Source: a virus
Taxonomy: Duplodnaviria; Caudoviricetes
Virus record (IMG/VR): IMGVR_UViG_3300037424_003001
Span: 1-37,593 of that record
Strand: one strand, 5' to 3'
Length of the DNA: 37,593 nt
Shown here piece after piece: positions 1 through 8,703 of this stretch (position 1 is the first letter of the stretch; every line of letters starts with the position of its first letter). The notes under the pieces were generated by a model that was not told the origin of the DNA, did not search any database, and saw only the letters and a program-made list of their open reading frames with translations. The position numbers and the translations under genes are program-made.

Positions 1-75
1 ATGTTTATCGCGTTGGTGAATTTTGACCTCCGACAAAAGCCGACCCCCCTGGATCGGCTCGAAAAGGGCACAAGG

Positions 76-375
76 ATGAGTCCCAGGACGGCGGACAAGA
101 ACCCGATCGAGATCCGGTACCTGCTCAACCAGGCCGGCCTCACCTTCGCGGACATCGACCGCATGGCCAGCCTCAAGCCCGGCATGGCGAGAGCGGCGGC
201 CCGCTGTCCCCATCGCGCCGGCGAAGCCGCCATCGCGAAGGCTATCGGGGTCGATCCAACCGAGCTGTGGCCGACGCGTTATCGCGCAGACGGCCGTCGG
301 CTCAAGCCTCAACCCGCGGCGAATTATCGCACGCCGCCCAAATTCCCGAAACGTCAAAAAGGACGCCTGGCATGA
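76..375 (+). CDS. ner: Ner/Nlp-family HTH transcriptional regulator
   Basis: EAAIAKAIGVDPTELWPTRY matches the Ner/SfsB C-terminal signature. It is the first gene of a Mu-like early operon; ATG 76 follows AAGG-rich sequence. Confidence 0.85.
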   Translation: MSPRTADKNPIEIRYLLNQAGLTFADIDRMASLKPGMARAAARCPHRAGEAAIAKAIGVDPTELWPTRYRADGRRLKPQPAANYRTPPKFPKRQKGRLA

Positions 376-611
376 ACAGCGATCGGCTGGCGGCCGCGAT
401 AGGCGAAGGGCTGGCCATGGCACGAGACCTGAGGGCCCTTAACCGGCTTCGTCATCCCCGTCTTTCCGATCAGGCGAAGCTTGCCGTCGAACAAGCCCTT
501 CAAGAAGAGCACGAATATCAGCGGAAATTTCTTCTTCTGTTGCAACACTCATCCACTCTTGCAGGGCTGCTGAACGTTCCTGACCGGCTTCCGAATGGAG
601 ACCGGTCATGA
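372..611 (+). CDS. Hypothetical 79-aa ORF coupled to ner (bridge ORF 1a)
   Basis: ATGA overlap with the ner stop and AGGA upstream. It overlaps the antisense gene 439-876. Confidence 0.4.
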   Translation: MNSDRLAAAIGEGLAMARDLRALNRLRHPRLSDQAKLAVEQALQEEHEYQRKFLLLLQHSSTLAGLLNVPDRLPNGDRS

Positions 612-876
612 GCGCAATGGTTGTTTCTGGCTCGGTCTTGCCGTCCTGGAACAGGGCCTTCGCTGTCCGCAAGGTGCTGAGGAGAGATCCAGCCGCGTTC
701 TCATTTCCTTGTGAAGACAGAAGACCGGCCGCCAGCGTCACGAGTAGCTCGAATCTCGCGGCCCGTTCCGGAGCCTCCGTCAACATAAAAACCGCCGTAA
801 GAAGTGCCATCCAACGTGCTGCATCAGATCTGGCATCCAAAACGGCAAGCCTTCCCTCAATGTCCCCGCTGTCCAT
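439..876 (-). CDS. Orphan helical hypothetical protein (antisense moron, 145 aa)
   Basis: MDSGDIEGRLAVLDAR..., purine-rich RBS GAAGGGGGAAGGA before ATG 876, protein-like composition and its own promoter-like element. Confidence 0.65.
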   Translation of the reverse strand: MDSGDIEGRLAVLDARSDAARWMALLTAVFMLTEAPERAARFELLVTLAAGLLSSQGNENAAGSLLSTLRTAKALFQDGKTEPETTIALMTGLHSEAGQERSAALQEWMSVATEEEISADIRALLEGLVRRQASPDRKDGDDEAG

Positions 877-1042
877 TCCTTCCCCCTTCGGTTGTGTGAC
901 AACGCCGATTGTAGGGGAAGCGGGGCGGGCCGTCACCCGCATCCCCACGGCCCGCCCCGCCGCCTTTCGTTTCCGTTCCCTCCAACTTGGCGGCGCGTCC
1001 CTCCGGACGCCCGCCATTTTTTCCGGAGTCATTAATTCATGA
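608..1042 (+). CDS. Hypothetical 144-aa ORF (bridge ORF 1b)
   Basis: ATGA overlaps at both ends (608-611 and 1039-1042) with GGAG upstream. The S/A/R-rich product does not look like a folded protein. Confidence 0.3.
   Translation: MSAMVVSGSVLPSWNRAFAVRKVLRRDPAAFSFPCEDRRPAASVTSSSNLAARSGASVNIKTAVRSAIQRAASDLASKTASLPSMSPLSIPSPFGCVTTPIVGEAGRAVTRIPTARPAAFRFRSLQLGGASLRTPAIFSGVINS
908..936 (-). promoter_or_regulatory. Sigma70-like promoter for gene 439-876
   Basis: The minus strand reads GTGACG-17 nt-TACAAT, about 30 nt upstream of ATG 876. Confidence 0.55.
920..960. repeat. Perfect 14-bp inverted repeat
   Basis: GCGGGGCGGGCCGT (920-933) pairs with ACGGCCCGCCCCGC (947-960). Confidence 0.8.
989..1022 (+). 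terminator. Intrinsic terminator-like hairpin upstream of parB
   Basis: GGCGG-c-GCGTCC ctcc GGACGC-CCGCC followed by ATTTTTT. Confidence 0.55.
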
Positions 1043-1842
1043 AGCTGCTGGGTACGCAGATGGTGCCGATCAACGCCATCGACTTAAGCAAGCGCCTGCG
1101 GCCGGTCAGTCTGGAGCACGTCGAGGTGATGGCGGCCTCCATGGCGGACGATGGCCAGAAGCAGCCGATCATCGTCGTCGAGCATCAGGGGACCCCGCTG
1201 CTGGCCGCCGGCCTTCATCGGACGCTGGCAGCCCAGTCGCTCGGCTGGACCGAGATCCGCGCCGAGGTCTGGCAGACCGAGACCAACCGGCCGGATCTGG
1301 AGATCCGTCTGGCCCAGGTCGACGAGAACCTGGCGCGCTACGAGCTGAACCCGCTCGACCGCGCCGTCTTCCTGGCCGAGCGCAAGAGGATCTACCAGGA
1401 ACTTCACCCCGAGACGAAGCGCGGCGGAAACCGCCGGGGAGATCAAAAGCTAAACTTTAGCCTTTGGTCGTTCTCCAAGGAGACGGCCAGGCGGACCGGC
1501 TTTTCAAACAGTACCATCAAGCGCGCCACGGCGATCGCCGAGAACCTGGACCACGACGTCCGGCTGCGCCTCGGTGGCACGAAGCTCGCCGACAAGGAAG
1601 GGGAGATCCACCGCCTGTCGAAGTACGACGGCAAGACGCAGCGCCGGATCGTCGAGATGATGCTCGACGCCGCCGCTCCCGAGAAGACCGTCGAGGCGGC
1701 GGCGCGGCGTATCCGGGGCGACGCCGAGGCCGATCCCGTCGTCGCGGCCTACGGCCAGCTTCTCAGGCTATGGAACAAGGCGCCGTCGGAGGCCCGCGAG
1801 CAGTTCATCCAGTTCCTGAAGGGCACCGGAACGGTCAAGTAG
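1039..1842 (+). CDS. ParB-like N-terminal domain protein
   Basis: RLRPV...GQKQPIIV...AGLHRTLA...DENLARYEL is the ParBc pattern, followed by an HTH-like segment. ParB-like genes occur in early operons of some Mu-like phages. Confidence 0.85.
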   Translation: MKLLGTQMVPINAIDLSKRLRPVSLEHVEVMAASMADDGQKQPIIVVEHQGTPLLAAGLHRTLAAQSLGWTEIRAEVWQTETNRPDLEIRLAQVDENLARYELNPLDRAVFLAERKRIYQELHPETKRGGNRRGDQKLNFSLWSFSKETARRTGFSNSTIKRATAIAENLDHDVRLRLGGTKLADKEGEIHRLSKYDGKTQRRIVEMMLDAAAPEKTVEAAARRIRGDAEADPVVAAYGQLLRLWNKAPSEAREQFIQFLKGTGTVK

Positions 1843-1844
1843 CC

Positions 1845-2327
1845 ATGAGCCGCCGCGATCCGAACACGCTCGATATCTTCAGCGACTGGACGCCGCCGGT
1901 CGTGGTCGAGCGATACGAGGAAACCCGGGTGCGGACCGCGACCCTGCGCGCCCGAATCGCCCGAGCCGTCTCCGAGACGCTCAAGGATTTCGATCGCTCC
2001 CGGGAGGATGTCGCGCTGGCCATGTCCGAATGGCTGGGCGAGGACGTCACCAAGAACATGCTCGACGCCTACGCGAGCGAAGCGCGCGAGGCCCACACCA
2101 TCCCTTACCTGCGGCTGCTCGCGCTGGTGCATGCGACCGGCGACGTCCGGCTTCTGCAACTGGGCGCCGAGCTGTTCGGTCACGTGGTCGCCCACTCGCG
2201 GTATCTCGAATGGATCGAAGTGGGCATGGAAGCCGACCGCCGGGAGCAGGCGAACCAGATCAAGGAAGAAACCGACAGGGCCTTCGAAACGGCCCTGCGG
2301 ACGGCACGGAGGGGTATCAAACCATGA
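1845..2327 (+). CDS. Conserved Mu-like prophage protein upstream of the transposase (putative DNA-binding)
   Basis: MSRRDPNTLDIF...SREDVALAMSEWLGEDVTKNMLDAYASEARE; ATGA overlap with the transposase. Confidence 0.7.
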   Translation: MSRRDPNTLDIFSDWTPPVVVERYEETRVRTATLRARIARAVSETLKDFDRSREDVALAMSEWLGEDVTKNMLDAYASEAREAHTIPYLRLLALVHATGDVRLLQLGAELFGHVVAHSRYLEWIEVGMEADRREQANQIKEETDRAFETALRTARRGIKP

Positions 2328-4534
2328 AGGCATGGATGACGGCGGCCGAGATCGCCGCGCTCAAGCTGCCGGGATTGCCGGCGACCAAGCAAGGCATGAT
2401 CCTGTTCGCCGACCGCAACGGATGGAACACGCGTCCCCGCGCCGGCCGCGGCGGCGGTGTCGAGTACGACACATCGCGCCTGCCTCTGCCGGCGCGCTTC
2501 GCCCTCGCGGCCATGGAAGCTCGCGAGTCGGCGGCGCAGATCCAGATGGGCGCGTTGCCCATTTCGACCGCCGAGGCCGCGGGCGATGAGGTCCCGACCA
2601 CCGAAGTGGCCGTTCTGAGGCGCGACGCGCGCTTGGTTATCACCGGACTTTTCCGTGACTTTCTGGCGCGCTCGCGCCTTGCGCCGACGCTGGCCCGCCA
2701 GATCTTCTGCGACCTCTACAACCTGGCCGGCGAAACCGTCGTCGACGGGGAGGGTAACCACGTGGCCCGCGAGGGCGCCTACCTGGTCGCCGTGCCGGCG
2801 TGGGTGCGCAAGGCCAAGGCGCGGATATCGCCGAACAGTATCCGCAATTGGCAGATCCTCGCCGAGGAGGGCCGGGCCGGCCGCCTCGCCGGCGCCTACA
2901 AGGGGCGTCCGAAGGGCGGCACGCTGGGCCAGGCCAATGGCGGCGAAGTGGCCACGTTCATCGGTGCCGTGCTCCTGCATGCGCCGCACCTGTGTGCCGA
3001 GGCGATCCGCGACCAGGTGCGCGAACGTTTCGGCGACCAGGTCGACGTCGTCGTGGAGTCGACCGGCGAGGTGCGCGCCGTCGAGATGCCGCCGATCCGC
3101 ACCTTCCAGCGCTTTGTGGCCGCCTGGAAGGATGAGAACGCGGCGCTGCTCAAGCGCGAGACGGACCCCGACGGCTTCAAGAACTCCATGCGGATCTCGG
3201 GCCGCAACATGAACGCCTGGGTGACCCGCCCGAACATGCTGTGGGAGATCGACGCCAGCCCTGCCGACGCGCTGCTCACAGACGGCCGCTACTCGGTCTA
3301 TGTCGTCGTCGACATCTACACCCGGCGGATGATCGTCCTGGTCACCAAGACGCCGCGTACCGAGGCGGTTCTGGCCCTCATCCGCAAGGCGATCCTGGCC
3401 TGGGGCGTGCCCGAGATCATCCGCACCGACAACGGCTCGGATTTCAGCTCGCGCTGGGCGGTGTCGGCGATCGCCGGCCTAGGAATCAAGATCGACGTCT
3501 GCGACCCATATTCTCCCTGGCAGAAGGGCACGGTCGAGCGCCACATCGGCACGCTGCAGCATTCCTTCATGGAATTGCTTCCCGGCTACGTCGGGCACAG
3601 CGTGGCCGACCGCAAAAAGATCGAGGCGCGCAAGGAGTTCTCGAAGCGCCTCGGCCAGTCGGACGCCAAGGCGTTCGAGGTCCAGCTCACCGCCGCCAGT
3701 TTGCAGGCCCTGGCCGACGAATGGTGTGGTCTGAAATACGCCAATCGCGCCCACGCCGGTCTTAAGGGAAAGACCCCCTTCGAGATGATCACGACATGGA
3801 TCGGGCCGCTCAAGCGCATCGAGAACGAGCGCGCCCTCGATCTCTTCCTGGCGCCGATCGCCGGCAGGGACGGCTTCAAGCAGGTCACCAAGTTCGGCAT
3901 CAAATACGACCAGGCCGACTTCCGCCACATCGCCCTGGTGCCTGGCACCCGCGTCTTCTGCCGGCACGATCCGGCCGACATGGGCCGGCTCGTGGTCTAC
4001 GAGGAGGACAAGGTCACCTTCCTGTGCGTGGCCGAGTGCGCCGAGCGCCTGGGCAAGGACCCGGGCGAGGCGGTGCGCGAGCTGCGCGTCGCCCAGAAGG
4101 CCCGCCTGGATGCCGAGGTCGCGCCGCTCAAGCGCGAGATCGCCCGCATGAAGCCGCGCGACATGATTGACCGCGCGCTGGAAGTCGCCCGGCGGGACCA
4201 CGGCACCGTCATCGCCCTGCCGAAGCGCAGCGAAACCCACACCAGCCCCGGCCTTGATGGCGCGGCCGAGGCGGCCCGCGTGATGGACGGCCGGGCGCCA
4301 GAGCGCACCCGCGAGCCGGAAATCCGGCCGGAGGCGCGCATCGCCCACTTCGAGGCCCCGAAGAGCGAGATCCAGTTGAAGCGGGAACGCTGGGCGCGCG
4401 CCCAGGCCATCGAGGTCGCGACGGACGAAGGGCGACCGGTGTCGCCCGAGGATGCCGTGTGGCTCGCCCGCTACGTGCGCACCCCGGAATACCAGGGCTT
4501 CGCGATGACCTACGGAAGTCTCGCCGAGGCCTGA
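2324..4534 (+). CDS. Mu-like DDE transposase A
   Basis: N-terminal Mu DNA-binding motif (WMTAAEIA..LPGLP...RAGRGGGVEY) and DDE core (WEIDASPAD, RTDNGSDF, KGTVER). Confidence 0.95.
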   Translation: MKAWMTAAEIAALKLPGLPATKQGMILFADRNGWNTRPRAGRGGGVEYDTSRLPLPARFALAAMEARESAAQIQMGALPISTAEAAGDEVPTTEVAVLRRDARLVITGLFRDFLARSRLAPTLARQIFCDLYNLAGETVVDGEGNHVAREGAYLVAVPAWVRKAKARISPNSIRNWQILAEEGRAGRLAGAYKGRPKGGTLGQANGGEVATFIGAVLLHAPHLCAEAIRDQVRERFGDQVDVVVESTGEVRAVEMPPIRTFQRFVAAWKDENAALLKRETDPDGFKNSMRISGRNMNAWVTRPNMLWEIDASPADALLTDGRYSVYVVVDIYTRRMIVLVTKTPRTEAVLALIRKAILAWGVPEIIRTDNGSDFSSRWAVSAIAGLGIKIDVCDPYSPWQKGTVERHIGTLQHSFMELLPGYVGHSVADRKKIEARKEFSKRLGQSDAKAFEVQLTAASLQALADEWCGLKYANRAHAGLKGKTPFEMITTWIGPLKRIENERALDLFLAPIAGRDGFKQVTKFGIKYDQADFRHIALVPGTRVFCRHDPADMGRLVVYEEDKVTFLCVAECAERLGKDPGEAVRELRVAQKARLDAEVAPLKREIARMKPRDMIDRALEVARRDHGTVIALPKRSETHTSPGLDGAAEAARVMDGRAPERTREPEIRPEARIAHFEAPKSEIQLKRERWARAQAIEVATDEGRPVSPEDAVWLARYVRTPEYQGFAMTYGSLAEA

Positions 4535-4593
4535 AATGAGAAACCCGCCGCGGGGGCGGCGGGCGAAGTCGAACTCCAACGTGAGGGACAATC

Positions 4594-5337
4594 ATGCAGA
4601 AAAGCGTGCCTACCGTCAACACCACGGCGATGTTGGCCAACGTCGCCCTGTTCTCCGAACTCGTGTCGCGCGTGCTCAACCGCAAGCCGCACCTGCCGGG
4701 GATCGGCGTCTTCCACGGCTTCAGCGGATACGGCAAGACGTGCGCCGCCACCTTCGCGGCGCACAAGACGCGGGCCTTTTACCTGGAGGTCGGCGAGTCC
4801 TGGACCAAGGCGAAGTTCTGCCGGCACTTGCTGATCGAGCTGGGCGTCGAGCCCAAGGGCACCATCGCCGACATGGTGGACAGGGCGATCGAGGCCCTGG
4901 CCATGACGGCGGGCCGGCCGCTGATCGTCGATGAGTTCGATCACGTGGTGAAGCGCGGCTACCTGGAAACCGTGCGCGAGTTGCACGACAAGAGCGGGAC
5001 GCCCGTCGTCATCATCGGCGAGGAGCTGTTGCCTTCGAAGATCGCCCAGGTCTCCGAACGGTTCCACGGCCGGGTGCTCGATTGGGTCCCCGCCCAGCCG
5101 GCCGACGTCGAGGACGCCGACGCCCTGGCCGCGCTCTATCACCCTCACCTCACCGTCGAGCGCGACCTTCTTTCCCACATCGTCACCAAGAGCGGCGGCC
5201 GCCCGCGGCGCATCTGCGTCAACCTAGAAAAGGTCCAGGCATTCGCCGATGTCGAGGGGCTGGACGCGGTCGGCGTCAAGGCGTGGGGCGACCGTCCGCT
5301 GTTCACCGGCGCGGCGCCGGCGCGGAGGGCAGCGTGA
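4594..5337 (+). CDS. MuB-like AAA+ transposition ATPase
   Basis: Walker A GFSGYGKT and Walker B LIVDEFD; directly follows the transposase. Confidence 0.92.
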   Translation: MQKSVPTVNTTAMLANVALFSELVSRVLNRKPHLPGIGVFHGFSGYGKTCAATFAAHKTRAFYLEVGESWTKAKFCRHLLIELGVEPKGTIADMVDRAIEALAMTAGRPLIVDEFDHVVKRGYLETVRELHDKSGTPVVIIGEELLPSKIAQVSERFHGRVLDWVPAQPADVEDADALAALYHPHLTVERDLLSHIVTKSGGRPRRICVNLEKVQAFADVEGLDAVGVKAWGDRPLFTGAAPARRAA

Positions 5338-5933
5338 TGGGACGCCAACCCGTCAATGAGGCGGTGCTGATCGTACCGCTGCGCGGCCATCAGCACTTCT
5401 GGTCGACGATGCGCGAGTTGCGCCGTTTCACCGTCGCCGACATCGACGGCGCCGGCAACGCGCGGCGCGACACGGTGCGCGACTACATCCGACGCCTGGA
5501 GCGCGCCGGCATCCTCAAGCGGGTCGGCACCAAGCCGGTGCCGGGCACCGACGCCGACGTCTACGCCATCGCCCACGATCCCGGCCCCGAGGCTCCGGTG
5601 GTGCGCCGCGACGGCACGGCGGCATCCCGGCCCGGCCTCGGCAACGAGCAGATGTGGCGGGCCATGAAGATGCTGGGGAGGTTCACTTACCGGGATCTCG
5701 CCGTCCATGCCTCGACCGACGAGGTGGAAGTCAAGCCGGCCACCGCCAAGACATACATCCGGCACCTGCTGCGCACCGGCTACCTGGCGGTGATCATTCC
5801 GGCCGTACCCGGCGAGCGCCCGGCGGTGTTGCGCCTGTGCCGGAACTCGGGACCGCTGGCCCCGATGATCCAGCGCACGGATTGGGTATGGGACCCGAAC
5901 TTGAAGCGGGTCATGGGACAGGAGACGCGCTGA
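5337..5933 (+). CDS. Conserved Mu-like protein with two winged-helix-like repeats
   Basis: Repeated W..MR.L..FT..D...T...YIR.L...G.L pattern; coupled to MuB. Confidence 0.7.
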   Translation: MGRQPVNEAVLIVPLRGHQHFWSTMRELRRFTVADIDGAGNARRDTVRDYIRRLERAGILKRVGTKPVPGTDADVYAIAHDPGPEAPVVRRDGTAASRPGLGNEQMWRAMKMLGRFTYRDLAVHASTDEVEVKPATAKTYIRHLLRTGYLAVIIPAVPGERPAVLRLCRNSGPLAPMIQRTDWVWDPNLKRVMGQETR

Positions 5934-6316
5934 TGGCCCAGATCCGCGTACCCGCCGTCGACACCGTCCGCGCCGCCTGGGGCGCCGACGCCCCCGACTG
6001 GGTGGTCGCGTTGGCCGAATACTGCGATGCCAAGCACTCGCAGCGGGCGGCCGGCGACCTCATCGGCTACTCGCCCGCCACCGTCAACCAGATCTTCCAC
6101 GCCAAGTATCCGTCGGACACCGCGAAGATCGAGGACAAGGTGCGCGGCGCCCTGCTGGGCGAGACCGTCTCCTGCCCCGTCCTCGGGCCTTTGCCCAAGG
6201 ACCGCTGCCGCGACAACCAGGCGCTGCCGTTCGCCGCCACCAATTCGACGCGCGTCAAGCTCTGGCGCGCCTGCCGCGACGGCTGCCTCAATAGCCAGAT
6301 CGGGAGGGGATCATGA
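5933..6316 (+). CDS. XRE-like HTH protein with Cys-rich tail
   Basis: SQRAAGDLIGYSPATVNQI HTH followed by CPVLG...C...C..GC. Confidence 0.7.
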   Translation: MAQIRVPAVDTVRAAWGADAPDWVVALAEYCDAKHSQRAAGDLIGYSPATVNQIFHAKYPSDTAKIEDKVRGALLGETVSCPVLGPLPKDRCRDNQALPFAATNSTRVKLWRACRDGCLNSQIGRGS

Positions 6317-6546
6317 TCTCCGAGACCATCCGCAACCGCACCCTGCGGCTCATGGAGTTGCGCCGCGCCGGCAAGCTCACCGGGCCGCTCGTCGACCTGG
6401 CATTGGCCGGGTATCTCACCGATGCCGACGCCGTCGCCCGCATCGAGACGATGCCGGTGCCAGAGGCCCGCCGGGCCTGCGCCGGCGCCGGCGTGCTGGA
6501 CTTCGTGGGCTCGCGCCTGCGCCGGATGACGGGAGGCGCGGCATGA
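6313..6546 (+). CDS. Hypothetical protein
   Basis: ATGA overlaps at both ends; GGAGGG RBS. Confidence 0.6.
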   Translation: MISETIRNRTLRLMELRRAGKLTGPLVDLALAGYLTDADAVARIETMPVPEARRACAGAGVLDFVGSRLRRMTGGAA

Positions 6547-6851
6547 GCTTCGCCCCCACCATCTCGATGATCCAGGAGCGCGTCGCCGTCCTCTTCGGCG
6601 TGCGGCGCGCCGACCTCCTCGGCAAGACCCGGGTGCACACGGTGACGCGGCCCCGCCATGTCGCGATGCACCTGGCCCGCGAACTGACCGAGCGCTCGTT
6701 CCCCGAGATCGGCCGCGCCTTCCGGCGCGACCACACTTCCGTCATGTACGCCGTGCGGATCATGCCGGAGTGCATCCGGCGCGACGCCGCCCTGCGCGCC
6801 AAGGTCGAGCGCCTGCGCGCCGATCTCGGCCAGGCCGGAGGCGCCCGCTGA
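6543..6851 (+). CDS. Stand-alone DnaA C-terminal (domain IV) HTH protein
   Basis: RPRHVAMHLARELTERSFPEIGRAFRRDHTSVMYA matches the DnaA domain IV consensus. Confidence 0.85.
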   Translation: MSFAPTISMIQERVAVLFGVRRADLLGKTRVHTVTRPRHVAMHLARELTERSFPEIGRAFRRDHTSVMYAVRIMPECIRRDAALRAKVERLRADLGQAGGAR

Positions 6852-7138
6852 TGCGCACACCCCACCCCAAGCGGCACGCCTGCCCGATCGCGCCCCACGC
6901 CCACCCGCTGGCCCGCCGGTTCTTCGAGATCGCCGAGCGCCAGCAGGTCGCCCTGACCGACGTCTCGGAGCGGGCCGGCCTCTGCCATGCGACCCTGGTC
7001 AAGTGGCGGTACCGCCATGCGCCGTTGGTGCCGACGCTGGAAGCCGCTCTCAACGTGCTCGGTTACGAGTTGCGCATCGTCCGCCGCCGCGACCCCGCCG
7101 ACGGCGCCGGCGGCCGTCCCCGCAAGGAGACGATGTGA
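6851..7138 (+). CDS. XRE-family HTH protein
   Basis: LTDVSERAGLCHATLVKW...PLVPTLEAALNVLGYEL. Confidence 0.7.
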   Translation: MRTPHPKRHACPIAPHAHPLARRFFEIAERQQVALTDVSERAGLCHATLVKWRYRHAPLVPTLEAALNVLGYELRIVRRRDPADGAGGRPRKETM

Positions 7139-7254
7139 TGCGCCGCCACCGCGTTGTCCGCCTGCGCAACCGGGTCATGTTCTTCATCGGCCTGGCGATC
7201 GTCGCCCTGTTCGCGGCGTGGCAGGCGTTGAGTCCCCGTTCAAACCGGGGTTAA
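7138..7254 (+). CDS. Small single-TM membrane protein (38 aa)
   Basis: Basic N-terminus, then VMFFIGLAIVALFAAWQAL; AAGGAG upstream and TGATG overlap. Confidence 0.5.
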   Translation: MRRHRVVRLRNRVMFFIGLAIVALFAAWQALSPRSNRG

Positions 7255-7277
7255 CCCCAACTTCAAGGAGCGTTCAG

Positions 7278-7892
7278 ATGAATCACCCCGAAGGCTACAT
7301 GCAGGATGCGAAGGGCCGCCTCGTGCCCGAGCACTTGGTCAAGCCCACCGACCTGCTGGAAGACCAGACGGTCCGCAAGATCCTCGGCTACGCCGACGAA
7401 CTGAACACGCAGATCTCCCGCTTCAAGGCCCACTGCTTCGACGACATCGGCGCCTACCTCGACCTGCTGGCCGAGCGGTACGGCTGGAAGCCGAAAGACG
7501 GTGCCAAGGGCAACATGACGCTCACCACCTACGACGGCACCTTCAAGGTGCAGGTGGCCATCGCCGATACCCTCACCTTCGGCCCCGAGTTGCAGATCGC
7601 CAAAGAGCTGATCGACGCCTGTATCGCCGAGTGGGCCGAGGGCAGCCGAGACGAGATCCGCGCCCTGGTCGCCTACGCCTTCCAGACGGACAAGGAAGGC
7701 CAGGTCAGCCGCGAGGCCGTGTTTTCGCTGCGCCGGATCAACATCGACGACGCCCGCTGGCTGACGGCGATCGCCGCGATCAACGACTCCATCCGCGTGC
7801 AGGGATCCAAGACCTACCTGCGGTTCTACCGGCGCACCAAGACGACGGACCGTTGGGAGCACGTCACCATCGATCTGGCGGCGGTGTCATGA
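7278..7892 (+). CDS. DUF3164 family protein
   Basis: YMQDAKGRLVPEHLVKP...KGNMTLTTYDG...FGPELQIAKELIDAC...SKTYLRFYRR; AAGGAG RBS. Confidence 0.85.
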   Translation: MNHPEGYMQDAKGRLVPEHLVKPTDLLEDQTVRKILGYADELNTQISRFKAHCFDDIGAYLDLLAERYGWKPKDGAKGNMTLTTYDGTFKVQVAIADTLTFGPELQIAKELIDACIAEWAEGSRDEIRALVAYAFQTDKEGQVSREAVFSLRRINIDDARWLTAIAAINDSIRVQGSKTYLRFYRRTKTTDRWEHVTIDLAAVS

Positions 7893-8308
7893 GCGCACCC
7901 GATCTCATCCGCGAATGCCGCCTCTGCGGCTGCACCGACGATCGCGCCTGCGTCGGCGCCGACGGCAACCCCTGCCACTGGGTCTGGGATGACCTGTGCA
8001 GCGCCTGCGCCGAGCTGCTGGACGATCCGGTGATCCGGGCGCTCGCCGAAACCCTGGTCACCCAAAAGATCGAGGCGGTGGTGGCGGAGCGGGTTCGCCA
8101 GGACAGGCGGCATGGCGGGCCGGCGCACGACGACACGCACACGCCGCAGGAATGGTATGGGCTGCTCGGAGACCATAGGGATCGCCTGCTCGATTGCGGT
8201 GGCGCGCCGGCCGAAGACTATTGCCACCGGCTAATCGCGGTCGCCGCCCTGGCCGTCGCCGCCGTCCAGTCCCATGACCGGCTGGCGAAGACGGAGGGAG
8301 GCGTGTGA
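7889..8308 (+). CDS. Cys-rich Zn-finger fused to a MazG-like helical domain
   Basis: CRLCGCTDDRAC...CHWV..DLCSAC, then AERVRQD..HG...HDD.H...LIAVAALAVAAV. Confidence 0.6.
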   Translation: MSAPDLIRECRLCGCTDDRACVGADGNPCHWVWDDLCSACAELLDDPVIRALAETLVTQKIEAVVAERVRQDRRHGGPAHDDTHTPQEWYGLLGDHRDRLLDCGGAPAEDYCHRLIAVAALAVAAVQSHDRLAKTEGGV

Positions 8309-8700
8309 TGCCCCGCCAGCGCCTTCCCAACCGCCGCGAGTCCGTGAACGTGGACTTCGCCGTCGGCGACCAGATCTACACGGCGACCGCCGGGCGCGAC
8401 CCCGAGGGCGCCATCCGCGAGGTGTTCCTGGGCGGCGCCAAAGAGGGGTCGCACATGGCGATGGTGCTGGACGACGCGGCCGTCGTCATCTCCGTCGCCC
8501 TGCAGTACGGCGTGCCTGTGTCCGAGATGGCCAAGAGCGTGGCGCACGTACGGCTGCGGCGGCCGACGCCCGAGGAACTGGATACCGGCGCGCCCGTCCC
8601 CTCGGTGCCGGCCACGGTGATCGGCGCGGCGCTTGAACTCATCGAACGGCTCCAGGCCGACCTCGACACCGCCGGCCAGGATATTCCATCGGAGGAATAA
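8308..8700 (+). CDS. Stand-alone TSCPD-like domain (class II ribonucleotide reductase C-terminal region)
   Basis: RQRLPNRR...EVFL..AKEGS...DDAAVVISVALQYGVP. Confidence 0.7.
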   Translation: MPRQRLPNRRESVNVDFAVGDQIYTATAGRDPEGAIREVFLGGAKEGSHMAMVLDDAAVVISVALQYGVPVSEMAKSVAHVRLRRPTPEELDTGAPVPSVPATVIGAALELIERLQADLDTAGQDIPSEE

Positions 8701-8703
8701 CCA

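Noticed and set aside
1-75. Longer ner start at position 1 and a possible left prophage end
   Set aside because: The Ner-like sequence begins near ATG 76. No repressor or terminal repeats are visible, so the left end lies outside the window.
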